NCBI RefSeq assembly: GCF_009914755.1
Contig: NC_060927.1
Length of the DNA: 64,000 bases
Reading direction: 5' to 3' (one strand)
From: the human T2T-CHM13v2.0 reference genome, Homo sapiens
Part shown: positions 48,458 through 63,527 of the stretch, one piece after another
How the letters are laid out: every line of letters starts with the position of its first letter
How positions within the stretch are numbered: position 1 is the first letter of the stretch
Notes under the pieces: model-generated
What the model was told of the DNA's origin: nothing
Databases searched by the model: none
The model's input: the letters and a program-made list of their open reading frames with translations, nothing else
Program-made: the position numbers and the translations under genes

Positions 48458-48920
48458 CTGTCTTAGGTTGGGCTCTCCAAGTCAAAGACATACGTGCAAG
48501 TAGATCATCTGGGGATGATCCCAGGAAACACTGGTGAGGGACTAGGGAACTGAGATGGGTCAGGCAGCCAAGAGAGGGCCTGCTATGCAGCAGGTCGGCA
48601 CTGTGGGCAACTGGGACTCAGTCCTGCTTGAGACCCTGTGAGCTGGTACAGAGAACTCAAAGTTGTCCCATATCAAGGGGCATACAGGCATGTGCCTCCC
48701 AGATATCCCAGTCAAGGGCATATTTATTCACCAGCTTCCATCAGTCATTAGCTGAGAGGCTGCTCCCTGGATGTTAACTCTCTAGTCCTTCTGGCATATT
48801 TTGTGATCAGGTAGACTCGGGCCACTAGTTAAGCCTTCAGGCAGGTGGAAGATGGATGGTTCTACATCACAGTAGTAAGGCCTGAGGGGATGTGGGCAGA
48901 GAATTGTCAGTGACTACTCC
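48458..48920 (-). mobile_element. LTR16-like ERVL LTR
   Basis: tgtcttaggttgggctct...gatcccaggaaacactggtgaggg...cactgtgggcaactgggactcagtcctgct. Confidence 0.7.
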
Positions 48921-50172
48921 ATGTAAATAATATTGTTATTATCCCTGTATTGCAGATGAGAAAACAGGAAAAGAAAGGGCAAATAGCTTCCCATAGTTAC
49001 ACAGATTGAAAATAGCAGAACTGGTGTAAAGGAAAGAAAAGAGAACAGACAACAGTGGCCTTAAACAAGGGTTTGGAGGAACCAGGAGACACACCCTCCA
49101 CCAATCAGCAGGCAGTTCAAAGAGGGGATTTTAAATCTCTTCTGAATCTTGGTAACAGACCCTAGCCACCATTGCAAGGGACAGGAAATTGTAAAACACA
49201 GGAAGATGAGCTCGGAAGGTCCATTCTGCTTAATTGGGTGGATTAAATGTGAGAAAAGACAGATGTTCTGGGCCAGTTGAACCAGAAACGGAATGACAGC
49301 TTTGGAAGAGAGTGTTCCACATGCAGTTTTTCTCAGGATATGGAGAGATCTCTCTTTTTTTGTTTTGAAGAGGATTGCAGGTGATGAAGTTGAGCAAATA
49401 TGAGGGATTTTAAATTATTTGTTATGTTTATTTTTTTATACCATGAGCCCTGTTTTGCTTTCGTGTGCAGCTGACAGTTGGTTCTAAAGGGCCAGCTCTA
49501 CAACAGCCTGTCTGGAGGGCTCTGAAATGTTACAGAGGACTCTCATGCAAGGTCGTATCTGGCTATTAAATCTAACCTTGGCTTGCCTAACCCTGGTTTA
49601 TGTGAGGTTATGGTCAGAACTATTAAAATGCAGTCAAGGGGCGAAAATGTCTGAGTCTCTTGTGTTACTGGTCTGACTTGCTCCACAAGCTTGAAGAGTA
49701 AACATGATGCCATCACTTGTAATTTTCACTCGGCCCCCAGTCCCCCGCTTTATCATCATGAAGTCCAATACCTTCCTCTTGAGGCTTCACCCTCCCTACC
49801 CCTAATCATAACCATCCAAGAACTTTAGAGCTTCTCAGTCCAATGATCAATACTATTGTACTGCCTCTTGCAGCCATGTGATGTCACTGTTGAAGATGGG
49901 TTCTGCACAGTCTAAAGGTTTTAAGGATGGGCTTTTCCACTGTGACCTGCTCAGCCCACATTAGTTCCCCATACTGGGTCCAAGATCATAAGCCATTTTA
50001 GTCTACACTCCCATGCTCAGCCATTACTCTCCAAAGCAAAACCACTGGCCCAGTCTGTGTTGAAATCATTCCCTTTTAACCCTCATTGAGCCTTGCTCAT
50101 CAGCCTGGATTTCTGGTGCCTTGTAGCCCACCCTGGTCTACTTCTTGGAGAGTAAGAGTTGGATAATTAGTT

Positions 50173-50203
<31 letters not shown>

Positions 50204-50324
50204 CAGAAAGCCTCGGTCTCCTTATGCAAATGGGTCCTCTCCTCCAGCCAGATCTGCACACCCCTTAACTAAGACTTTACTTTCAAGGGACTTTTTGTTT
50301 AAATAAGAAAGTCTGCAATGCACC

Positions 50325-50457
50325 TGATTACTGAACAGTCATGCCATTACACTTGGTTTCCTTGGAGCTCAGTGAAAACATCATGGCTATGATTACTGAA
50401 CAGTCATGCCATTACACTTGGTTTCCTTGGAGCTCAGTGAAAACATCATGGCTATGA
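50325..50457 (+). repeat. Perfect 2 x 65-bp tandem duplication
   Basis: 50325-50389 is identical to 50390-50454, followed by TGA microhomology. Confidence 0.97.
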
Positions 50458-52000
50458 GTACAGGTTTTAGAGTCCGTTAGACTCAGGCTTGATCCCAGGT
50501 CTGTGATCTTGGGCATTTACTTACTACTGTAAGCCTCGGTTTGCCCATGTGTCGAATGGTATGATATGATATGATATGATATGATAACATATGTCTTATA
50601 CAGGCAATAACACAAAGCACTTTCTGCAGTGCCTAGAATAAGTGCAGGACAAGGCTTATTACTACTACTATTTATTATCATAGTAATAATGATAATAATA
50701 ATAAACAAATCTAAGAAAGTTGACCTTATGCTTCTGCTTTCGCTATTGCTTTAGACAGATCACACAATCCTTAAGTGTTGGACCAAGGAGACTGGCCCTT
50801 TCAGTTAACATTAATTGCATTCACTGTTAGATACAGAGTAATTTAACCAGTTTCCTTATTCTATACATTTCTAAACTGAAAGACTGCTTCCTTTCAGTTA
50901 ATCCACTGTGTCTTCAGATCCACATTTGAGCCATGGTTTTTTCTGACACTGCATTAGACAGAGGATTACTTACTACTTTTTATCCGAACATCACCTTGCC
51001 AGCTGAACTGAAATTCATTCCCATCCCCTCTCCCCCAAAAGAATCACACTGAGTTTCACTGTTTAGGCAAAAGAGCTCTGAAAACTGGTTAAAGACCATT
51101 TTTCCCACTTTTGAAAATGTCAGTGAATGATGGTAGGGCTAGATCCGTGTGAGTCGGTAGAGGTGGGCCTATATCAGCAGGTGCCGAAGGGACAGCCATT
51201 TCTCCAGTCTCACAGAGCAAAGTCTGGCTGCTGCAGACCCTGGTGAAAGCTGGATCCCAGTTGGAGTTACAAATGAGAATGGATACTCTTCTCTCTGATC
51301 TTGGCCCAGCAGCCCTGAGCTTCAGAAACACAGGAAAAACATGCACCCTTTTTGAAGGGTTGGAATAAAGATTTGAGGAAAGGAAGGTGACAGTTTTTCT
51401 CCTATTCTTTCTCTCCTCTTGTTTTATGGTTCAGCACCAGGCGTGGCAGGGCGCGCTGGAGTGGTGGTGATCAGGTCAGGAGCAGGGGGGAGGAAAGAAA
51501 GCAGACCAAGAATATAGAGGCCTGGACCTCTTTAGTTTAGTGCCTGGTTTCCTTCTTGCCTTCAGTTTCAACCTGTACTTTAATCTCCCTGTGAGTCGCT
51601 GCCTGTGACAGATTATGAACAATGCCACCCTTGTTCCCCATGAGGGATGTCAGGTCAGGATCCTGATCAACATTCATCATACTGAAGGGCTGAGATTAAG
51701 AGGCTGTCCAAGTTCACATACCAGTGAACACAGATGTTCTATTTCAAAATAATGGAGAGGCTATGATTCAGGAGCTGGAGCAACTTTTTAAAAATATGGT
51801 CCCATTTCAAACAAAACAAGCATTTGTAATATAGATAATAAAAAGTTGGAAACCTCCTAAATGTATAGGATCAGGAAATTGGTTAAATTACTCTGTACCT
51901 AAAAGTGAATACAATGAATGTATGAAAATGGTGATATCAATCTGTTTCTACTGTCAGGAAGACATGTTCATGATATACTTTTAAGAAAAGAGCATTGCAT

Positions 52001-52251
52001 GGCCAGATGCGGTAGCTCATCCCTGTAATACCAGCAGCATTTTGGGAGGCGGAGGTGGGTGAATCACTTGAGCCCAGGAGTTCGAGACCAGGCTGGGAAA
52101 CATGGCGAAACCCTGTCTTTACAAAAAATATAAAAATTAGCCAGGTGTGATGGTGCACACCTGTAATCCCAGCTACTCGAAAAGCTGGGGCTGAGAATCG
52201 ATTGAGCCTGAGAAGTTGAGGCTGCAGTGAGTCGTTGGTGGCACCACTGCA
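52001..52251 (+). mobile_element. AluJ, 3'-truncated
   Basis: Alu breaks off at gcaccactgca into a TA-rich tract. Confidence 0.9.
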
Positions 52252-53012
52252 TATATACAATGATATATGTATATATCCAGATACATATATACATATATTG
52301 TTAGAAAAGATACAACAAGGGCTAACGCAATAGTTGGATTTGAGGGATGCTTTGTTTTCTTTTCTGTTTTTCTTGTTTTGTGATTTTATTTGTTTCTTTT
52401 GCTTGACTGGCTTTTCTATATATGCTAATAGCCTGTATTTATGAGTAGCCATTAAGCATTAGGCATATAGCCTTCTATTTACTTCTGCAAGTAAGTCCTC
52501 TAAAGATGAGGGAACCCAGAAAGGTTAGGCAACTTACCCAGTCCAGCATCATAAAATCGAGAATCCATCTGAGTCAGCTTGCCTCCAGACCCAACTTCAT
52601 CATCTTCTGTGGGACAGGCTAGGTTAACCCAAAGGTGGTGCGGTGGGAGACTTCAGGCCACCCTGAAGGCCTCTGGATGCCCTAGGATGACTCTGAGCAC
52701 AAACAGATACGGGGCTTAGGTATGCATTGCTAATTCCAAATTCTATAGGCTACTAATACATGCTCTTTCCTGGTCAGGTTTGGTCCAGAGCCTGGGCTGG
52801 GCCAAACCTGCAGGTGAAACTTTCTAGTGCCTGCTCAAGTTGGACAAATTGGTCCAGGACTCTCAGCCTACTCTCCTGCACACAGCCAGCCCCAGCACTG
52901 CCCAGCAACACCTGCCTGTTCATTTGTTGACATACACATTGCCAAAGTGTGATCAATATGTCAATATTATTTTTTTATTTTGCTTTTTTTCTCCTTAATT
53001 ATGAATACTTTA

Positions 53013-53381
<369 letters not shown>

Positions 53382-53574
53382 TTATAACTTCTTCCTATGC
53401 TTTTATTTTGGTTGTTTATTTTTAGACTGATAAGCCTAGAAGTTTGGAAATAGAGGGCATCCAGGTGACTATTCATTTTCTGTCTGAGACGAAGATGGCT
53501 TTTGTACCTCTCCCCAGAGGTCTGAATGAGGAAGAATCAGGCAACTCAATTGTATGCAAGATCCATCATGAAGT

Positions 53575-53750
53575 ACAATTCTCAACCTTGGCTGAGTGTT
53601 GGACTCACCTGGGACTTTTAAAACCTGTTGATGCCTGAGTCCACTCTCAGAGATTCTGATTTAATTGGTATGGGGTGTAGACTTGGCATTGGGGGATTTT
53701 TTAAGCTCTCCAGGTGATTCTAATGCATTGCAAAGTGATAATTATTTCCT
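53575..53750. mobile_element. MER5A
   Basis: cagagattctgatttaattggtatgggg...aagctctccaggtgattctaatg. Confidence 0.8.
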
Positions 53751-53957
53751 AGAACCTGCCCTACCTTTCCTCATTCCCTTCCCTCACAATCCAAGGAGAC
53801 AAAATTGGTTTGGAGAAAATAATTTTTCTTATTGATTAGCCCTTCCCTAAGCTAAGCAGTGTGGATTAAGGTACTCAGGGTTCTCAGTGGCCCACTGAGA
53901 AAGCAGTCCTCAGAGGAGTCCCGCCCATTCTGACTCTCCCTTTCCCTTTTTATTCAG

Positions 53958-54075
53958 TATGGTATTGTGCTGGATGCCGGGTCTTCAAGAACCACAGTCT
54001 ACGTGTATCAATGGCCAGCAGAAAAAGAGAATAATACCGGAGTGGTCAGTCAAACCTTCAAATGTAGTGTGAAAG
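53958..54075 (+). CDS. ENTPD3: ENTPD3 exon 4, apyrase conserved region 1 ([39 protein letters not shown]+G)
   Basis: Branch-like CTGAC ~53930-53934, pyrimidine tract, ttattcag|TAT acceptor, AAG|gtaagg donor; 118 nt; DAGSS(R)T motif of the GDA1/CD39 family, N-glycosylation sequon NNT (N81), Cys92. Confidence 0.98.
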
Positions 54076-54305
54076 GTAAGGACTGAAGTGTGTCTGGGAG
54101 TCACAATGGGCAGCAAGGTAGAGTTCTAAGTGTTTTGGAGGCCTGGATGAGATGTTGCTTGGAGGCAGGGAATGAGCATTGGACTGGGAGTCAGGAAATA
54201 GGAGATCGTGTGCTAGTGCTGCTACTCATCAGTGGAATAAACTTGCTCTAGTCACTTCCCTTCTCTGGGCCTCAGTGTTTTATCTGTATACATGGAAAGG
54301 GGTGG

Positions 54306-54892
54306 CGTCAAGAACTGTGAATGGTCTGAGATTTTACCCTGCCATATTTTCATGGGTGCTGGAAGACACAAGACTCCTGGGTCAGAAATAAAGGACAATT
54401 TGTTACTCACAGGAGTAGCCCAGAGTATCAGCATTTTCTTATACTGGTTCTGATTCCCAATTTGCCCAGGATGATGGAAAGACGGACAGATAGTATGCAC
54501 TCATGCAATAGGTTCTGTCATAGGAAAGGAAATCTGGGATTTTAGGGAAGCATTTATAATGGGCAGTGAGCATGCCTGCCTTTTGCTGTGGAGGGAAACA
54601 CAAGGGACACATGGATAGCTGTCTTCCAGCAGTGATAAGGAGTAGTCCTGTGTATTGATGGCGAGGCAGACAGAGAATGACAATATGTAAACAAATGGAC
54701 ATGGCTCTGTTCCAGTAAAGCTTTATTTATGGACACTGAAATTTTGAATTTCATATAATTCTCATATCATGAAATGTAATTCTTCCTGTAAATTTTTTCC
54801 CACCATTAAAAAATGTAAAAACTCTCTTAGCTCACAGGCTGTACAAAAAAAAGGTGGTATACTGGATTTGGCCCATGGGGTGCCAACCCCTG
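54306..54892. mobile_element. ERVL-type LTR fragment (LTR47-like, ~54306-54650) followed by MER58B fragment (~54680-54892)
   Basis: gtcaagaactgtgaatggtctgagattttaccct; ttccagtaaagctttatttatggacactgaaattttgaatttcatataatt...gccaacccctg. Confidence 0.65.
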
Positions 54893-55045
54893 AAATGGAG
54901 TATTATCAGCAATGATAATTAATGATCCGCCATGCAGCTCCCTGTCTTTTCCACAACATATTCTGAGTTTTATATTAACTGTTTCCTTGTTCTTTATAGT
55001 TTTGTCTTATGTATGTAGTGTTTCTGTTTTTTAAAACAAAATTAA

Positions 55046-55537
<492 letters not shown>

Positions 55538-56720
55538 TAATATCTTTCCATATATTTATAGGCATTTCTGTTTTCTGTGAAATGCATGTTCATGTCTTTT
55601 GTTCATTTTTCTATTGAATTGTTGAATTTTTCTTACTAATTCATTGAAATTCTTTATAAATATTCTAAATATGAATTCTTTGCCATTATTATTATCATAT
55701 TATTGCTAATACCGTCTCACAGTTTGTAGTTTGTCTTTTTAGTTTCTTTGCGATGTGTCTTGATGAAAAGAAGTTCTTGATTCTTATGTAAATACAACCA
55801 TCAATATTCCTTTTTGTGGCTTGCTCTTTTGTATGTTTTATTTAAGAAATCCTTTTCTATCTTGAGGTCATACAGACCTTTTTCTATGAAAAGTGTTATA
55901 ATTTTGCCTTTTACAATTAAGTAATTAGTCCAAGTAATTGAGCCTAGTTAGGGAGTGTGTATATGTGTAAGCCTTTTTCAAAGCCACTTATCTTCCTCGT
56001 TCGAGCATTAGGATCTTCAGTTGGCCTGTAGCCTCCCAACCAGGGTGTTCTGAATGTGCCCAGTGTATCCTTGAGCCCACAGGACAACAGGTTAGAGACT
56101 CCAGACCTGTCCTCCCAGCCTGAGCAGCCTCCTTTGTTTCCCTCCGTGAGCTGCCAAAACATTGTAAGTTCATGGGGATCATGGCATTGAAAAACTTGGA
56201 AAGCAGAGTTAGTCTTTCTCACCGGGAGACCAAGAGTCTTCTTTGGCTAATCAGAGTGAATTCTGATCATCTGCCCTCCGAGGAGGGCAGCCAGGAGCTT
56301 GCCTACCCTGATGCACAGGTGTTCCAGGTTAGGCTCTCCAGAAGCAGATGTAGAGACAGATTATGGAGTGCAAGGTGGTTATTAGAGATGCACTATTATA
56401 GCAGAAAGTGGGCAGAGAGAAGTACTGGACAAAAAAAGAGAAGTCAAACTTCAACTCAGGCCTGATGAAGCTTCAGCTGATCCGTTATGCTGCACTGGGT
56501 TGAAATGGTGTAAAGTGGCTTGGCTGTAATACCCCCTGTTGCTGCCACTCTTGGATGTTTGCCACCCTGGAAAGAGCAAGATCTTGAGCAAGGCAGCTCT
56601 CTGCAGCTCAGGCAGACCCTGAAGAAGCTGACAGCTGGGACAATAAGTCTATTTGAAGGGGTATATTGCACGGCACGGTTTTGGATTCACCACATAAGGG
56701 ACTTGGATATTTTCCTTTAA

Positions 56721-57077
<357 letters not shown>

Positions 57078-58284
57078 TGACCTCAACCAGCGATCCTCTA
57101 TCTGCTCAGGTAATGCCTGAGCCATTTCCTCCTTCAACCATGAAATAGGGCAGCAGGCTGCTCCTTTCAAAGACAGAGACTATGTGCTCCAAGGAAAGAG
57201 AAGATAGTGTAGGATCGAGATTGAGACTTCACCTCATCCCTACTGTGTGAACCCTGGAAAGTTATCTAACCTGAGTCTTGACTTCCTCATCTCTAAAGTA
57301 AAAAACATAATAATAGTTATACCTACCCTACAGGAGTGATTTGAAGACTAAATGACATAATGTTGTAAAAGAAATGCCTGGCATACAGTAAGTGCTCAAT
57401 AAGCATTAACTGTTATTCATGGGGCACCACAATCAGAGCTCCTGGTGGATCCTCTTGCCACTTGTTACTCTGTCCCACAGTTACAAGATCTCTGTCTTTA
57501 GACCCAGGAGGGCAATTCAACCAAGTTAGTCCTGATGGCCTTACAACTGTGGGGAAAAATAAGACTTACATGGGGAGGTGTTATGGCAGTCCCTCAGGGG
57601 AAGGGTTCCTTGGCCCACCCTGGATGGCATATGTGATTTGAGGAGGCACAGAGTCATGGCAGCATATCCATAAATGGATCTTCCCTTCTTTGATCACAGT
57701 AGCCTCAGGGATCTATATATACTCTGAATGAACAGAAGACCACAAACTAAAGCTCAAATTACAGAGTTGAAGGTCAGCAAGTGTCATCCCCTCAAAGGCT
57801 TGTGGCTTCTCCAAGGATAATTTGGGTTTCTGCTTCCTCCATTGCAAACTTCCCAGGACTCCCCTGTCTTGGCCAAACAGAAGGGGGTGATGAATGCTTG
57901 CTCACCCAGCAGGGATTCCCAGATGCCTAGGCCCTCAGAAATTTCTTTCTGGTTGGTATCAACCCCCAGTTGCTACTGTTTTCCATGAGTTCATTGCCTT
58001 TGCTGGCGGTTTCTGTGCTGGTGTCTGTACCTCTGGCTGCTTGTGGTGAAGCCACCTCCTGGAGGTGCTGGGTTCTCTGCATGCGTCTCATCTCATCTGC
58101 AGTACTCATGCCTGCTGCTGCCTTTCCCCACAAGGGACATTCATAATGTCTTTCCTTTAAACCAGTGACTAAAAATTACTTAAGCTCCACTAGAGCCTAA
58201 ACTTAACTATCTCCTCCATTAAAATCCCTCAAAGAGTTGCATCAGAAACCAGGCCACCATAGTATTAAAAAAACATCCTTTGCC

Positions 58285-58639
<355 letters not shown>

Positions 58640-58959
58640 TCAAGTAAGTTTTGTGCCGTCTGTTTAACCCTCTCTCCCCATATTGAAATAGCAATTTCAG
58701 TGCTCCTCTCATGGGACCAAGTATCCAAGTCCAAGCAGCTTAGAAGCCTGTGAATCCTATCTCCTTTTCCCTCTAGAAGGCTTAATGGACCTTATGCAAA
58801 CAGGCTGTCTGGTGACATACTCCCAAGGTTTCACCATTCTATCTCGCCTCTCACCAGCCGCTAACCAGAGACCAGCTCCTTGCAGATTATATTTTGTTTA
58901 TCCCAGATTGGACTAGCCAATCTCCTTACTATAGAGATGTATAGTGGTTTGAAAGTCTC

Positions 58960-60880
58960 ATTGATTGATTGATTTAATAAATATGTATTAGGTGCCTGCT
59001 GTTTGATACGAACTGTTCTTGGCACCAGGAATTCAGAAATAAACAATATATACAAAATCTGTGGTTATGTGTTATGAGACTTGCATTCCAATGAGGAAGA
59101 TAGACAAAAAAATAAACGGGCATATAACGAGTGTCAGGCAGACATGATGTGAAGAGAAATCAGGCAGGGCAGGAAAAAGAGAGTGATCATGCTGTTTTGA
59201 ACAGGATTGTCAGGGAAGTATGAAGAATATGACAGCTAGGCAGAGACAAAAGTGATATGAGACAATGGGCCATGTAAATGTGTGGGGGAAGAATATGCTG
59301 AGCAGAGGCATGGCAAGGGAAAAGGCCAAGCATGGAAGCTGCTCAGCATTTTCCAGGAAAAGCCAAGGGGCCAGTGTGGCTGGAAGAAAGATGAGAAATG
59401 AGACTGAAGCTAGAGCCAAGGCCTGCTCCTTGGAGGGACTTGAGGTGTCCTAAGGGTTTGACTGTGACACAAATGAAGTTTCTTCAAAGTATATTGGGAA
59501 GCCATTAGAAGATTCTAACTAGGGAACTAATACGATATGACTTCTGTTTTTAACGGATCACTCAGTTGATATAGAACACGTAGTCAGGGGCTAAGATTGG
59601 AAGCAAGGACACCAGTTAAGTGCTGTTAAATCAGTACGGGTGAGAGATTAGGTGATGGTCAATTTGCCCTTGACTAGTGCTTCTCAACACAAGGTGAATT
59701 TGTCTCCCGGGAAACATTTTGCAATGTCTGGAGATCTTTTCGATTGTCATGACTGGGTCCGTGGTGCTACTAGCATCTAGTGTATAGAAGACATTTCTCA
59801 TCTTTCTTCCAGCCACACTGGCCCCTTGGCTTTTCCTAGAAAATGCTGAGCAGCTTCCACACTTGGCCTTTTCCCTTGCCATTCTACAATGTTCTAAGCA
59901 TTGTACAATGCACAGAACAGCCTCCACAACAAAGAATTATCTACCCCAAAATGTCAGTAGCACCAAAGTTAAGAAACCTTGGTTTACGATGGTTCTGGGG
60001 AAGGGGGTGAGAAGTGCTTAGATTTGCGAGGTATTTTGAAGGTAGGACCAACATGATTTTATGATGGACTTGATGTGAGGCATCTGAGTTCATAATGCAT
60101 GAGCAAGAGTTTGGATATGAGCAACTGTGTGCATCACAACACCATTTACTGAGATTGGGGAACACTGGGAGTGGAGCATATTGGGGGCAGGGCAAAGCTT
60201 AAAGAGTTTGGTTTTGGGCATATTAAGTTGGAGATGGCTATAAATCATCTGAGTCAGGGGAGGCAAACTTTTTCTGTAAAGAGCTACACGATAAATATTT
60301 TAGACTTGTGGGTCATATGGTCTCTGTCGTAACTGCTCAACTCTGCCCCTTTAGCATGAAAACAGCCATAGACAACAGGTAGATGAATTAGCATGTTTGC
60401 ATTTCAAAAAAAAAAAACTTTACTTGTGGACACTGACATTTTAATTTCTTATAATTTTCATATGTCATGAAATGCTGTTCTTCATTTTATTTTTTTCCAA
60501 CTACTTGAAAATATAAAAATTATTCTTCACTTGCAATCCATACAAAAACAGGTATGGGGTCAAATAGCTTGCTCATTCCTGATCTATACAGTGATGTGGA
60601 GTTGTCAGATAGGCAAGTCGGGAGTTCGGGGGAGGGGGAGGATGAAGAAATAAAGCTGAGTGTCATCAGAATACAGACGATATCCAGCCCCAGCTCATCT
60701 AAGGAGTGAATAGATACTGAAGAAAAGAGATCTGAGGACTTAGCCTTACACACTCCAGTACTGAGAGGTTGGGGAGAGGAAGAGGATCCAGCAAAAGAAC
60801 TTAGGAGGAATGACAGCCAGTGAGGGGAGAAGAAGGTCAGAACCCAAATCCAAGGTAGTTGAAGAAAGAGGAAGTGCGCA
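58960..60880 (-). mobile_element. L2 with nested MER20 (~59676-59981) and MER58B (~60255-60581)
   Basis: L2 3' end tcattgattgattgatttaataaatatgtattaggtgcc and internal reverse L2 motifs; MER20 and MER58B recognisable by termini and internal motifs. Confidence 0.82.
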
Positions 60881-61812
60881 ATTAGGTGAAAAGTGATGGG
60901 GAGCTTATAATCTAAGAAGTTAGACAGACATGATATGCCCCCAGTGCGGTGATGTACACTAGGAAAAACCTAGCACACCTAGGAAGTGCTCTTGCCAAAA
61001 AATCAAATCTGAATCTGATCACATTTCTAGAAATTAACTCCCAGTTTATAAAAAACACAGAAGACAAAGGAACATGTTCAAGGACACCTCACGGATCCAA
61101 TCAGCGAAATCCAAAATAAGAGACCTACTCCATTAAAATGATTTCTTTAATAAATAAATGGCAAGATAAAAGGGGGGCAGGAAAACTGTTACAGAATGAG
61201 AATCTTAAAAAACATCCAAATGCACATACAAGGTATGGACTTTGGTTTCTGCATCACACTATAAAGAAAAAGTTATTCTGGGAAATTTGAACACTGACAG
61301 GTCTTTAATAATATTAAGAACTTTTTTAGGAGTGATTTTTTTCTTAGGTATCATGGTTATATTTTTCAGAGTTCTTCCCTCTTAAAAACATATACTAAAG
61401 TGTTTGTAGATGAATTAACATAATGCCTGGGATTTTCTTTACAATAATTCCTAGAGATGGAAAAAAGAAAGCATATAAATGAAAATAAGATGGGCTGTGT
61501 ATTGATTAACTGTTGAAGCTGAATGATCAGTATATGGGGATTCATTTCACTAGTTTCACAGTAAAGAATTAAGACTAATGTGAGCACTGACCTGTGATGT
61601 TCAGCATAGTTTTGTTGTTTTTGTTGGCTTTATTGGCATTTTGGAGAGAAAAACCTGTTAACTAACCTATCTCATAGGAATATGCCTGAGAGCTTAATCT
61701 CACATTTTATTTACTGAGAGAATTGTGTGTCTTTTTAAAAATAACTTTCTAATTACAAAATAATATATTTTCATTGTGTGAAAATCAGAAAACACAGGTA
61801 AATAAAATGGAA

Positions 61813-62323
<511 letters not shown>

Positions 62324-63203
62324 TTATATATACATACGTATATAAACATATATATTTATTTAATTGTTGTTATTGTTATTAGTGTTTCTTACAGCTACTT
62401 CAGTTCTGAACTCCTGAGATCAAGCCACTGAGTTCATCAAGCCCACGGCTTATGGTGTTGTCATTTGTCTGTTGTAGGAGGTCATTGCCCCAGGAGGGAA
62501 AATTACATTAGAGGCTCTGTCCTTGGCCAAGGTTGAGAAAGCCTGTCCTTGCTTCTCTAGCACTGTCGATGAAATCCACGTCTGTGCATCTTAATGGACA
62601 CATCCAAGCAAAACTTGTAATTACAATGCTCAGGTTTTTTTATTGGTTTGTGGTAGTTGGAAGATGGGTGGGAAAGGTTAAGAAAGGGCAGCTGAAGGAG
62701 GCAGTGGCTCTATCAATTCCAAAGAAGGAAGTTTCCAGAGGGACCATATTCTCTCCATCTTCCTTGTCTGTCCTATACTTTGTCTTCCTTAAAGTAGACT
62801 TATTTAAACTCAGAGCCTGGACTGGGAGAACAAATTAAGTTATGTTCATGCAATGGCATGCAATGCAACTGTAAAAAGAAATGAAGAATATTTATATACT
62901 GCTATGGAGTGGCCACTAGGAAGTATTGTTGAATGCAAAGAAAAAAAAAGTGGAGAAAAGTATATATAGTAAATTACCATTTATCTAAAAGTTGGGGTGA
63001 TTAAAAATATATATTTGCTTATTTTAAACAAACATTGGTTAAACTTTTTTTAAAAAAGAAACTACTTACAGGAAGAGGAGACAAGGAGAGAATCTAGATG
63101 TCTCTGAATATATCTAGTTTTGTAGATCTAATTTTAGAACTACTTAATTATTTTAGTAACTATAAAACAAAATCGTTTTTTAAAAAGTAATTCCTAAAAC
63201 TCA

Positions 63204-63527
<324 letters not shown>

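Noticed and set aside
50325-50457. CRISPR-like or minisatellite array
   Set aside because: Only two adjacent units with no spacers, in a eukaryotic intron.
52532-52810. Minus-strand exon (donor TGG|gtaagt at 52538/52537, acceptor near 52808)
   Set aside because: The donor lies in MIR-like sequence and the acceptor tract is weak; not supportable without transcript data.
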